This document shows, one piece after another, positions 11,721-25,165 of a stretch of 64,000 bases of DNA. Source of the stretch: Octopus vulgaris (Eukaryota); the NCBI GenBank assembly GCA_951406725.2, contig OX597831.1:1488001-1552000 (forward strand), written 5' to 3'. The stretch's first letter is position 1. Each line of letters opens with the position of its first letter. The notes under the pieces are model-generated. The model did not search any database, had not been told where the DNA came from, and saw only the letters and a program-made list of their open reading frames with translations. A program made the position numbers and the translations under genes.

Positions 11721-12626
11721 CAAAGAGTAATTTAGACATAGTTGGTGTAGGAGGGTGTGGTTCTTCAAGATTTATGACCTTTCTAATTGGATAGTTTAGG
11801 TCAAGGAATATTGTGGAGTTAGAAATTTATTGAGAGATAGATCAAGTTGGACTGTTTATAATAAACTTTAGCGTTGTGGGTTGATGAGAAAGATGTTGAG
11901 TGTAGAATAAGATGGCAAAGTTGTGAGAGCATCAGAGGAAATGTCTTGCTGTATTTATTCTGGCTTCTTGCATAAGTTCAAACCCCACAGGAGCAACTGC
12001 TTTTCATCCTTCTGTGGCCAATAAATAAAGTACCTGTCTAAGGTAGTGAACTGATCGAATTATGAGTGTCAAGCAAAATGCCTTGTGATATTTGTTTTGT
12101 CTCTTGATGTTCTTCAAGTCTTGCCATAGCCTGTATGGGTGGTAAACCTATAGTGTCTGGTGTAACAGCACCACCTGACACTTTGGGTGCCTTTAACAGA
12201 GTCCACTCTGTTGTAAGTATTTGGGTGAGGCTTCTGGTTTTAGGATACCTGCTACTCTTCTATCAATCTCAGAAACCATGTAAACCATTTTAGACACTAC
12301 TCTCCCCTTGTAGCTAGGCAATAAAATAAAAAATGGTTCTTAAAGAATTTAATGTAGAGGATTGTTAAATGTCGATAGAGACTAATAAGCTCTTAGAACC
12401 ATTGATGATTCTTACACAAGCTAGTTCACTCAGCAATTACCATTGCAATTACTGAAAGATCATTCATTGCAATAAATATAGGAGAAATTTAGGATAAAGA
12501 AATACATTATAATCACCTATTCAGTCATTGTGGAGAAATAAACATGAAAACAGCAATTATACTAATGATGATGTCTTACATTAGCAGAATCATTTTTATG
12601 AGTGGTTATCTAGTCAGTTAAATTAA

Positions 12627-12870
12627 CCCTTTAACTGTAGAAGTCAGATATAGCCACTCAAAATTTCATTACCTTTAACTATTGATAGCAATTTTATATA
12701 GGAATCTATATTTTGTTGAAGAATGTTGTCATGTTTCAAACTATTTTTGTTGGGATTATGTCAAGTTTATTGAGGTAACGGTACTTGCAGAAAATACCAG
12801 TTCTATTTCTTGGTAGATATTTAACATCATTACTGGAATAACCATGAAATTTAATTTCACAGTGAAAGGG
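12627..12870. mobile_element. piggyBac-type MITE
   Basis: TTAA|CCCTTTAACTGT ... ACAGTGAAAGGG|TTAA (12-bp TIR, one mismatch, TTAA TSD). Confidence 0.8.
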
Positions 12871-14239
12871 TTAACTCAAAATATTGTAAGGTTTTTTTTT
12901 CTTTTCTGCCACTCCCACTTAGTGAATGACTGATATTGCTTTGATTCTTTCAGCAAGTATAGGAGACAACTCCAGGCTTGTTTCAGTTTTCTTATGACCT
13001 CATTAGTAAATCCTAAAACTGTGGGAGAATCACCAAATAAATGTTCATGACTGGACACTGGTTGGTATAGAAAAATAAAATTATTTAAGTATTGAATGAC
13101 TCCTAGATGTCATCCATTTGAAAACATAAATGTTAATACAGTTCTGTATTTAAGAGATGAGGAAGTAAATAATTTATAAACGTTAATGTTAACATATTTA
13201 ATGCAAGGGGCAACAAAAAGCTAACTTGATATCTGCTTGATATAGAACGAAAGCTAAAAAAAAGTCTGCTAATGGCTCAAGGTGGTGGTGGTGGTGGTGG
13301 CAGCTTTGTCATTGATTATAATGTAGTAACAATCATCATCATTGTTTCTACAAAAGATTTCTAGCTCCCTAACCTCAACAATCTAAAATGCTTGCAGTCT
13401 CAATGAGTTAGTTTCTCTTAATTTTGCAACCAAGATAGAATTTTCAGTGAGATCAAAGTATTCCAAAGTCCTCAAAAGTTGAACATATTAATGTCTAAAT
13501 ATAGAGATCCCCCCACTCTCTCTCTCTCGCGCACACACACATTCACTTTCCAGCACCTTGCTTTCACCTCCACCACCAGTCACCATCATTCAATGATTAG
13601 CATCTTTTCAGCACTGTATTAATCCACATGAAACAGTCTTTGTCTTGGTAACTACAGCCAGTTGTGTTGCTGGGTGGTTGTGAATGGTGGAAAGAGAGAG
13701 AGTCTTTGTACAACACTGGATAATAGCAAGATCAGCAGTAGCTATAGAGGTGTGGGTAGTGTCTATAGAGATGGTGGCAGCAGTTATTTTGGTCAGAGGT
13801 GCGATTGGAAGTTACTGCTGATTACTGCTAATTAGGTGAATATTTCAAGGTGTAATGTTTAAAAGTGGTTAATTATTATAATTAAATTATATTTAAATAT
13901 TCTGTGCTAGAAGGGCAATATCCGTGACATTATTTCTTCTACAATGACACAGACCAAGAAGTGGATTATGTCTACCACTCAAGGACTCAAAATGCAAAGA
14001 ACTAGAACAAATGCCGCAATATATCTCATCCAACACTCTAACAATTCCGTCTTCTCTCAACCCCACAAAAGATCAAAAGTGAAGTTGAGTTCAATAAGAT
14101 ATGAACTCAGAACCAGAACGAAGATCGCAAAGCATTCTATCTACAATACCTAAACTGATATTTGAATGGCAGTATCATGTCTTGACTGTTACCTATGATC
14201 ATTCTATTGTGATTGCTGCCTGCACTCAGCTTGGCTTAA

Positions 14240-14690
14240 CTGCTGTTTGTGATGATCAGACTGGTCAGTCTTGTCTACAGACTACTCCTGCTGCTAGCTG
14301 TTGTTAGCCTTGTCTACAGACTGCTTTCTGTGGTCAGCCTTGTCTACAGACTGCTCCAACTGTTATCTGTGCTCAGCCTTGTCTACAGACTGTTCTTACT
14401 GCCGCCTGTGGTTAGCCTTATCTACAGACTGCTATTTGTGGTCAGTCTTGTCTATAGACTGCTCTTACTGCTCTATGGTCAGCCTTATCTACAGACTGTT
14501 CTTACTACTGTCTGTGGTCATCCTTGTGTACAGACTGCTCCTACTGCTGTCTGTGGTCAGTCTTGCCTGCAGACTACTCTTACTACTATCTGTGGTTAGC
14601 CTTCTCTACACACTGCACCTACAGCTATCAGTGGTCAGCTTTGTCTAACTGATGTTCTTAGTTTGGTTTAATTGCTTCTTGTGGTCAATC
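14240..14690. repeat. Minisatellite, ~30-39-bp unit, ~10-12 copies
   Basis: CTGTGGTCAGCCTTGTCTACAGACTG(CTCCTACTGCTGT) repeated with variants. Confidence 0.9.
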
Positions 14691-15131
14691 TATTTTTTCT
14701 AATTTCATCTTAGTCTGACAGGTTGGTCTAACTTTTGTCAGAAGATAAACTGTTTTAACAAACAGATTTTCCTAACCCTTTCAATCCACCAACCTAGAAT
14801 TTGTGTTGCCTATGATTTTTGTCTGCATCCTATCAGCTCACCATTCCATTCTCATGTACTTCTGTTTACCACTGTTATTTGCATACACACTTGGAAGGGG
14901 TTCAGGGTTCATAGAATTAAGCCTAGTTTTAAGACCTATTTGTACATATTTAAAGTATTCTAGATATCTGAGACAGACATACAAAGTTTAGTCAAACAGT
15001 ATCAGAAACAATTTTCTTTAGAATGAAGTTTAGACCATTTTTATAGTATATTAAATGGTGAAGTGTTTGTGTAAAACTGTAATCACTGACTTTCAGTACT
15101 TATATCTCTTAATTCTTTATATTTCTTGCAG

Positions 15132-15266
15132 ATCATTATCACTGGTTTATATTCAAGTGAAAATGACCAATCAAAGAATTTTGACCGACCAATCAAAGCA
15201 ATTGCTCTTGATCCCCAGTTTTCAAAGCCAGGAAGTGGCAAACACTACATTAGTGGTGATGATAAG
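15132..15266 (+). CDS. VPS41: VPS41 exon A (first in window): IIITGLYSSENDQSKNFDRPIKAIALDPQFSKPGSGKHYISGDDK
   Basis: ttgcag acceptor, AAG|gtaaga donor, 135 nt, phase 0/0, WD40 region. Confidence 0.93.
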
Positions 15267-15499
15267 GTAAGACTGACCATTTTGGACTTGGTTTTTTCAA
15301 ATCCCCTTCTGTCCCTCATCTAATCCTATCAACATTCTGTCTGTCTGTTCTCTCTTTCTACTTGTGTCCCCTTCCACTGTCTACATCATTTGTCCCCTTC
15401 CACTGTCTACATCTTTTGTCTCCTTCAGTGTTCTCTTGTGCCCTGTATGGTCTACCACTTTCCTGCCCTGTTCAGTTGGCATCTCCTTGGTTCTTGTCC

Positions 15500-15870
15500 A
15501 TAACTAGTACTGCTACTACTACTAATGCTACTACTACTACTACTACCACCATCACTCATATGAACTATTATTCCTACAATGACAGCATTGTAAACAATAA
15601 CAATGGCAGCAGCCCCAACAACAACAGCAGCAGCAGCAGCATTATCAGCAACAGCAGCAGCTGTAGTAATAACAACAAAAACAGTAACACTAGCTCTAAC
15701 GACATCAACAGCAGCAGTATTATCAACAACAAAACAGGAGCAGTAGTACTGGCAACAACAGAGACAGTACTACTGTCATCAACAGTAACAACACTAACAA
15801 CATCAATAGCAGCAGTACTAATGACATCAGCAGCAGCAGCACTATCAGCAACAACAACAACAACACCACT
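15500..15870. repeat. ACT/AAC/AGC trinucleotide low-complexity tract
   Basis: Direct inspection. Confidence 0.85.
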
Positions 15871-16585
15871 GTTGGGAAACATAGCAAGGAGGAGATGAGG
15901 AGTTGGAGGTCGGAGGGCAGTTGTCTTTTCTATGCCAATCCTTCCCCCTATCAGACACAGGTGTGAAGGGACATGGAATTTCCTCTAGCATATCATATTT
16001 GCTAATTAAGACAGGTGTACCTTAATGAGAACTCTTACAACAACACTATGACTTACAATAACAGCACTACCACCACCACCACCTGTTAAAACTGTACTTC
16101 TAACACAAGAAATAACAGTACGTTTGGCTCTTTCATTTATGCAATCTACTTCACAGTCTCTAATAACATCAGTAAGACTGCCTACAATATGCCTAGAAAT
16201 AGCAGCCAAATATTTTGCCTTCGAGTCAAGCTCTATATGATTACTCAATCTGCTAGAAATAGCTGCCAAATCTGCCTTTAAATGACACCCCACTGTATTT
16301 AAAATAGGAATGACACTTTTGGATAATCTAATCCTTGATAGTGCTGTGTCTGAAAATGAGATGAGATGATCCCAACTGGAACACCTTTGATCTTTGATCA
16401 TAAGTCTGCTTGAGCAGAGTGACTATCCTAGCATTACAACCAATGCAATCTTTAATATAATCACTACCACCAACACAAGGAGACCTCTGTGTGACCTCTT
16501 GAACTGCTAGGAAAAGCGACCAAATTCCCTTAGCTCACACTTACTATCTTAAGTTCAAAGAACACACTGGACAATGCAGCCTTAG

Positions 16586-16651
<66 letters not shown>

Positions 16652-16877
16652 AACACAAATGGTTTGAGGTTTACTACTTCGATTCAATTGGATCCTGCAA
16701 ATACTTAATTAATTTTTTTAAAATAACCTGAAATTTAATGATGTGCTTCTCAACCTCATGGTTCTAGGTTCAGTCCCACTGTGTCGCATCTTGGATAAGT
16801 GTCTTCTATTATAGCCTCAGGTTGACAAAATCCCTGTAAGTGGATTTGGTAGAAGGAAATTGAAACGAAGCCTGTCG

Positions 16878-16908
<31 letters not shown>

Positions 16909-16956
16909 GCACACACACACACACGATGGGCTTCTTTTATTAATGTGTGTGTGTGG

Positions 16957-17794
16957 GGGGGTCTGATCACTAAGTATCCAAACTGTTGTTATTGTAACAA
17001 AGCTAAAGCATGCACAGTGAAGCTGCTTGGCACAGATTGACCTTGAACTTCGTTGTGCATGTGCACTGAGTTTTAACATTCTAGCTCACTTTCACTGTTT
17101 ACAGCAGTGCTTGGAAGGAAGGTGTGTAGCATGTGATCATCATATTGACCATGCTGAGCAGAGAATCTACTTCAAATTTTGCCAAAAGCTTGGCGATACC
17201 TGCTCAGAAGCCTATGCAAAGTTTTCAAAAAGTTTTCATCATTGTCAACACAATCAAGAGCTTCTGCAACTGAAGCCTGGGTGTCTTTTTGGTCAGCTGA
17301 AAGCAGTTTTTGCACAAACTTGGCAGACACGCATCTCATACCCAGATCTTCAGTGATAATGGACTGAACTGAACTGTAACTAACCTAATGATGATTTTCC
17401 CTTGCAGCTGCATGCACATCTGCAATGCTTTTCTCAGTTTTGCGGGTTGCGGGTCTCCCAGAACATTTGCCAACATCAACATTTTTTCGGCCATCTTGGA
17501 AACATCTGAACCATTTGTACACTTGTGCGTAGCTCACACACTCCTCTCCATACACTTTCTGCAACTTTGCATAGGCCTCTGAACAGGTATTGGCATGACA
17601 ACTTTATCTCTTATGGTCAATATGACGATTACACGCTACACACCATCCTTCAAAGCACTGCTGTAAACAGTGGAAGTGAGCTTAGTGTGCATGGAAAGCA
17701 GATTTCAAGGTCAATCTCTGCCAAGTGGCTTCACTCTGTTTGCTTCAGCTTCATCACTATGGCAATAGTTCAGATACTTATTGATCAGACCTCG
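16957..17794. mobile_element. Mariner-derived element with its 5' end duplicated in inverted orientation
   Basis: GTCTGATCAC TAAGTATC ... GATACTTATTGATCAGACCTCG|TA; ~190-bp inverted arms; EQRIYFKFCQKLG transposase N-terminus. Confidence 0.85.
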
Positions 17795-17825
<31 letters not shown>

Positions 17826-18219
17826 CAAATTTACAGAAAGCAAAAGATGAAGACAGGTGAAGGAACAACAAGCAGGTGTATTAGTTTAACTCTCAGGAAG
17901 AATATATATGTGTGTGTGTCTTTGTGTCTGTGTTTGCCACACCATCACCACTTGACAACCGGTGTTGGTATGTTTACATCCCCATAACTTAACAGATCAG
18001 CAAAAGAGACCGATGAAATAAGTACTGGACTTAAAAAAAAAAGTCCTGGGGTCAATTTGTTCCACTAAAACCCTTCAAGGGGGTGCTCTAGTATGGCCAT
18101 GGTCAAATGACTGAAACAAGAAAAAGACTAAAACAATATATATATAATAATAAAAAGTGACAAAAGAACAAGACCTAGATATTAGATAAATAGAGGATTA
18201 TTTATATATGTTATAACTT

Positions 18220-18602
18220 AGCAGGAGTGGCTGTGTGGTAAGTAGCTTGCTTAACAACCACATAGTTCTGGGTTCAGTCCCACTGCATGGTACCTTAGGC
18301 AAGTGTCTTCTACTATAGCCTTGGGCCGACCAAAGCCTTGTGAGTGGATTTGGTAGACAGAAACTGAAGGAAGCTCATCATATATACATATATATATATA
18401 TATATGAGTGTGTGTGTCCCAGCATCGCTTGACAACCAATCTAGTGTGTTTACGTCCCCATAACTTAGCGGTTCAGCAAAAAGAATCTGATAGAATAAGT
18501 ACTGGGCTTACAGAGAATAAGTCCTGGGGTCGATTTGCTCGACTAAAGGTGATGCTCCAGCATGACCACAGTCGAATGACTGAAACAAGTAAGAGAATAA
18601 AA
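18220..18602 (+). mobile_element. tRNA-derived SINE family B (CORE-like), full length
   Basis: Similar to 61874-62251 along its length; internal (TA)n(TG)n. Confidence 0.85.
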
Positions 18603-18966
18603 TAATGAGGAGCTTGCCTCGCAACCACATGGTTCTTGGTTAAATAACAGTGCGTGGCACCTGGGGCATATGTCATCTACTATATCCCCAGGCTGAAAGA
18701 AGCTCATTATATGTGTGTGAATGTGAATGTACCTCTTTGTATATGTCCCACACCTCTGCTTGACAACAGGAATTGGTTTGTTTATGTCCTGGTAACTTAG
18801 TAGTTCAGCTAAAGAAACTAATAGAATACCAAACTTTAATAAAAAATAAGTATTGGGGTTGATTTGTTAATATAAACCCTTCAAGGGGATGCCCCAGTGC
18901 AGCTGCAATCCAATCTTTTACAGACACGAATCAGAGATAAAAGATATATCTATATCTATATATATA

Positions 18967-19001
<35 letters not shown>

Positions 19002-19002
19002 T

Positions 19003-19140
19003 AAGGTATGTAGAAAAATACAACATGGACAAGAACGTATAACTCTTAGAAGACGACACAATAAACACGGACAGGACATTCGAAACCCTCAGTCTTCAGT
19101 CAAGAACCGGATCATCGTAGTAATTTCGGCTGATTAATCT

Positions 19141-19143
<3 letters not shown>
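19003..19143 (-). mobile_element. TA-flanked repeat fragment, possibly a Penelope-like terminus
   Basis: Flanked by (TA)n; minus strand has CTGAAGA..CGAATGTC, a poorly paired hammerhead-like core. Confidence 0.3.
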
Positions 19144-19213
<70 letters not shown>

Positions 19214-20129
19214 GATGGTCATGGTTGGAAGGCCAGTGATCATAGGTTTGCTCAGTTGGGGTTGACCCGGGGCCAAACAGTAACCTTACCTTCAACTCCC
19301 CCTTCATTTACAAAACTACTTCTACCATCATACATTTATCCGGTGATGGTGGTGGTGGTTGTGTGTGTGTGTGTCTGTCTGTGTGTGTCTGTGCGTGTGT
19401 GTGTTTGTAGTGAGAATGGTGAAATAACAGAGGTGCAGAAGGTAGGGATGGAGTTGGGATGTATGTTTGTTTTCAGGCCTGAAGAACTAAATCAATATTG
19501 CCTACCTGATGACCAGCTGCTGTGTGGCCAGTGGGGTGGGAGTGGCGAGGCAGTGGTAATGTGTTGATGTTAGTGCTGATGGTGGGGATGTCTGTTGGTG
19601 GTGGTGGTGGTGGTTGTGTTGATGGTGATGGCTGTTGTTGTCAGTATTGGTATTGATGGCAGAAGTCTATTTTCACTCACTATCACATACATACCCTTTC
19701 TCTCTCTTTTTCTCTCACTCTCTCATTCATTCATTCATTCACATTGTGTCTCACTCTCTCATTCATTCATACTGTATTCCACTCGCTCTATATATGTAGC
19801 TTACACCCTCTTTTTCACCCTTTTTCTTACTCTCTTTAACACACACCCTTGGACATATTTCATTCTCTCCTTCCTTCTTTTCCTTTCTCTCTATTCCCTC
19901 CTCTCTCTTTCTCCCTTGTCCCTTATCTTCTTCTTAACTCTCTCTTTCTCTCTCACACACACACACACACCTGTTCTCTTCCTTTTTCTCTCTCTCTCTC
20001 TCTCTCACCCCATAAATCTATTCAGTATTTCTTTATAGTCCACCATCTCTCGCACCCCTCCTTGCTCAGTTGCTGGGGGGAACTTCAGCCTATCAGCCAA
20101 TCAGATTTCTCAGCTGCTGCTGCTAATCT

Positions 20130-21240
20130 CGTTGTGGTAGCAGTGGTTGCGGTAATAGTATAGGTGATGGTGTTCATGTTGATGGTATCAGTGATGGTAT
20201 TGGCAGTGGTGGTGGTGGTGGTGGTGGCGGCAGTTGTGTTGTTGTGATGATGATGATGATGATGATGATAGAGGTAGTATTAATCTTGTGATGGTGTGGG
20301 AATAGTGGTTAGTTATGGTTGTTGTGATGATGGGAACACAGAAAGTTGCTGCTGCTGTTGCTGTATAGCCCAGGGTCAGCCCTCATTGGGCAAAACTGTG
20401 GTCAACGAAATTCTACTTATGACTATCCTGTGCTTTTACATATATTGATGACGATACTGTCCAATGTGTCCTCCTGTGTATTTTTTTTTTTTTTTTTTTC
20501 ATTTTCAAGAATGGTGGTAGGGGTTGACTTGAAGGAATTGTACTTTTCTTTCTAGCAGCTGAAGTGACCACATAGGACCTCCATCTTTGGCCTCAAGAAA
20601 GTTGATGTAATAGTAGATGGTGGTGGCACTGTTGGCGGTGGTGACCGCTGCAGCAGCAACAGAAGTGGTGGTGGTGGTGGTAGTGGTGGTGGTGGTGGCA
20701 TTGGTGGTGGTGGTGGTGGAGGTGGCAGTGGTGGTGTTCGAAGAGGGTGGTGGTGGTGATGGTGGCTGGTGTGGTAGTGCTGTAGATGGTGTGGGAATGA
20801 CACTGAGTTACTACAGTGAGTGATGGTGCTGATGATTACAGGTAGTTATTGTGGTGGTGGCGGTTGTAGTGGTAGTGGTGATGGTGATGGCACGTGTTAC
20901 AGTTTATCATGTTGGTGGTCTTTGGTAGTGGCTAAGTCGCTGGTGATAGTTATTGAACTGGTAGTAGAAATAGTTATTGGTACCAGCAGTGGTTGCAATG
21001 ATAGTAGAGGTAAGGGTGGTTGTGGTGTTGGCACTGGTAGAGACAGTTACTATACTAGTGGTAGTGGTGATGGTGATGGTATTGATGTTGGTGATGTTTA
21101 TTGTAGTAGTGATGATGGTCGTGGTGGTGGTGGTGGTAGTAGTGGTGTCAGTGATGATAGAAAGAAATGGTTATTGTACTGGTACCAGTATAACAGTGGT
21201 AGCGTGGCTGGTAGTGGAGGTGGTTGGTGTCGGTTTAGTT
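20130..21240. repeat. Long GGT/GAT/AGT low-complexity region
   Basis: Direct inspection; interrupted by one family D copy. Confidence 0.85.
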
Positions 21241-21774
21241 AGCTGCTGTTTTATTTGAATACTTAGTCATTTTAAAATCAATAGCAGTCAGATTGTTTCT
21301 GTTCAGCTTACCATCAACAAAAATTGTAAAGTTAGCACTAACTATCGAATACCTTCCATTGGCTTCTATATTATTACAACACTGCATTGTACACTCCTGA
21401 CTGCAACAGTGAAACAAGCTAGACAACACTTAGCATTCCAACAACATGCAACATCCTAGTGCATTTGTTTGGGGGAGGGTTTTTTTTTTCTTTTGTATTC
21501 TTTTTTTTTTTTACTCCCCACTTCTTTCCATTATTTATTTTTTTTTTATAAATTTTTTTTCCCTCTCTCACTACTCCCTTCCTCCCTTTCCACCCACCTC
21601 CCACTCCTCATGTCTTCTGTATTCTCCGAGTTGAATCTATTTGCAGTAATCTGTAACGGAATTTTTTTCTTTCCTTTTCTTTTCTTACATTTTCTTGAGA
21701 AATTGTCAGTTCCTGGTGTATTTTCTTTTTTTCTCAAGGGATGATTTTTCTATATTATAGTTTTTTCATTCTTG

Positions 21775-21847
<73 letters not shown>

Positions 21848-24324
21848 CATACATACATACATACATACATACACCCCTTCTTTCTCCTTTTTTCTCCTCC
21901 CTCACCCTCTCTCTATCTCTCTCCAATGAACAAATTGTATGAGGTATGTATAAAGAGTCTGATGTAAAACAATGTATAATAGATTACTATATGAAGTGTG
22001 TGTATGTGTGTAAGAAATGGGACATTGCGATGTGATGGAGTGTGTGCAGTGAATGAAGAGAACTAAAATCTGTGTGTGTGTTTTAGAAGTTTTATATTTA
22101 TTGTATGACAGTGGAACATGTGACAGTGCATGTTGAGAAGTATGAAGGATGTGTGTGTGTCAAAATTTGATATTACTGTATAGTTATGAAACTGGAATGG
22201 TGTGTTTAAAAGAATACATAAGAAGTTTCTAAAGTTAGTGATCTACGGTCATTGAATGTAGGGATAGGACTGTATAAGTTGTGTTCTACTATGTAAGATG
22301 TGTATATGGTAATAAAAATATGGATAGTGAGTATCAAGGACTATATGTGTTGTGTTTATTAAGTATGATGCATGTATGCAACACTGTGAAACATGCTCAG
22401 TGAATAGAGAAGAACGTGCTAAGCTGGCAAGTTGGATATAAAACATAAACTTAGAAGAATAGCTGACTTCTAGGTTGAGAAAGTAATTGAGGAGTAAAGG
22501 TATTGGCTGTTGTGTGCGGAAGAGATTGCTCCTGGGAAATAGGTCTGTCATGTTGATGGCTGATCTATTTAAAGGTAAAGAAGGTTTTAGTGTTGGAAAG
22601 TACATGGGATAGAGAAAAGAGAGAGAGAGAGAGAACAAATTTCAGCCACAGAGCAATAGTGGTCTAACATTGGTTGCTCAAGTTTCAGTCACAGAGCAAT
22701 AGCTGTGCCAAAATTGGCTACTCAAGTAAAAAGGGTTAACAGAGATTAAGGAAGTAGTAAATTGTTCTCAAAATACCCCCAAACTAATATAACAACTGTA
22801 CAACTCTGAATAGTTAGATCAGTGTATTTTAGGTACCTTAACTCCAATTGGTGTTGACCAGACATTGTAGCTACACATTTTGATTGAGTAACTTGTAGTT
22901 TGTAACTTGTAAAGTTACAAATTAATAGATGTTAGAGGACTGGGATCAATGCCTTGCAGTATTTGTTCAAATTCTGGTCATCTTTGATTTTCATCCCTTC
23001 AGAGTCAATAAAAAAAAAGGTACATATCCTAGGTGGTGGATGACAGAACAGCCAGAGAATCAGACCAAATGCCTTGTGGTGTTTGTTCTGGCTTTTTGTA
23101 TTCTGAATTCAAATACCACTGTAGTCTACTTAATCCATCACTCAGCTTAACACCACCATTTGACACCTTCACTGCCTTCAACAGACTCCACTCTGTTGCA
23201 AGCATTTGGACTAGGTCTCCGGTTTGTGGATACATTCCTCCTTCCCTCTCACAAAGAGACATAGACATTGCCTTTACTTCTGACTAAAAAACAGGAAGGA
23301 AACAACCCTATGAACATATCTCTAAAAAAACCCTATAAAACATATTTCCCATGCACAAACAAGCCACCATACTGACTCACAGAGGCACTATTCACAATCA
23401 GGTCCCATTTTTTGTAAATGTAAAATGCAAGTGTAAGCAATTAATTTTGAGGTTCATAGATTATCAGGCCGTTTGCAATGTTTCTCTGTCCTTAGAAAAG
23501 ATATTTTACTCTCACTGGTTGAGTAAATAGGTGCAATTCAAGAACAAAGTTCATGATTGTCAGCCTGAGGAGCACTGTATAGCAGATGAGTGTTTAATTT
23601 GCTTTGCATGGTTTCTGAGCAAGAAGACCCAGACTATCAGTTATCTGCTAGTACAACAGATACCAAGGTCTGTACCTTCATGCTTTTCTTATCTATTACA
23701 GCTGCACTCATTCAATGACTGCTTTAAGAAATAGGTTTACATCAGACAAAATGTATTATGATATTTGGTTATCACTCTCTATGTTCTGAGTCAGATCCCA
23801 CTCAGGATGACTTGGTCTGTCATCTTTTTGATGATAAGTACCAGTAATGCACTGGAATGAAATAGGAGATTGAATCTAATCATCTGTGCCCTTGAAGGTG
23901 GTGTGCCATCTTGGCCACATTTTGAATCAAGATAAGTGATAATTCTTAAATTCTTTTGAGATTAACTTTGTGTTTTATCTCTATAGAGGTTGCTAAAATA
24001 GATACCAAGTACATATGGAGGACAGCACAGTCAATCAATTTATACCACTTCTCCAATTATGTAGGTCTTGCATTAGTGTAAGAATTTATATGTGTGTGTG
24101 TGTTACAATAATGTAGGGTCTTGCATCATTTGGCCAAAGAATAATACTTGGTACTTCTTTAAATGTTTTGTCCAACCCATGCCAGCTTGAGAAAAGCAGT
24201 TGTAAAAACGATGACATATATATATATATATATATATATATCATCATCATCATATCATCATCATTTAGCGTCCGTTTTCCATGCTAGCATGGGTTGGACA
24301 GTATATATATATATATATATATAT

Positions 24325-25165
24325 ATAATTCATGCCACCCAAGATACACCAAAACAAACATCCCCTTCAACCTTGCAAGAAGGATATGCACAATAGTGTC
24401 AGAACAAAATACCAGAGACTTTAGACTACAAGAACTCAAAAACACTCTAACTGACAGACACTACCCAGTTCAACTCATAGAGGATGGAATCATACATGCA
24501 ACACAAATCGACATACAAACCATAAGAAAAATTCAACAAAGCAACACACCTTTCCCCGAAAATACTGCCGTATATATACACATACAACCCCAGATACAAA
24601 GAAGCCTTCACCATCATCACCCAAAATTTACCAATACTACATAAGGACCCCAAATTAAAGGAAATTTTACACTTACATAAAATCATTAAAAACCACAAAC
24701 AACCAAAATCACTAAAAAATATCCTCACAAAGGCAAAATTATTTTCTAAAATAATGGATGTAAAAGTGAAAAAATGTGGTTGACCAATTTGCGCAACATG
24801 CCCAAACTTTCCAGAAGGATCAGAATTCCTTTTCAAGAGGGACAAAAATTCAAAATCAAATCTGACTTTACTTGTGCTTCAGAAAACTTGATGTTATAAG
24901 ATGCTCAGGCTGCCACCAAAACTACATAGGGTCCACGGGATTATTGCTCAGACACAGATGCACTCTGCATCAACAGCAGATTGCATTCCCAGAATACAGA
25001 ATGATACCCTTTAGTGAACATATTGAGAAATGCGCAAAGCAACTGCTACCACAATTTGTAATCTTTCCATTCTATCAACATGCCATTGGAACACCAACAC
25101 AAGTTAGATTAAATAAGGAAACCTTCTTCATTGAAAAATATAAGCCAAAACTTAACTATTTCTAA
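24325..25165 (+). mobile_element. Penelope-like retroelement remnant (RT C-terminus, Cys-rich linker, GIY-YIG endonuclease)
   Basis: YNSCHP..K.NIPFNLARRICTIVS, KKCG*PICATCP, VIRCSGCHQNYIGST...HRCTLH, E..FIEKYKPKLN; frameshifted; starts in a (TA)n tract. Confidence 0.88.

Noticed and set aside
12601-12615. miR-9-like TGGTTATCTAG
   Set aside because: Only 11 nt match, the seed is absent and there is no hairpin.
1-15131. Upstream VPS41 exons (EPKLKY, LGTH, CSDDG-type motifs)
   Set aside because: No matching peptide with splice sites was found by eye; probably upstream of the window, though a small exon could have been missed.
16006-16401. 131-aa minus-strand ORF
   Set aside because: Largely overlaps reverse copies of repeat family D and a GGT tract.
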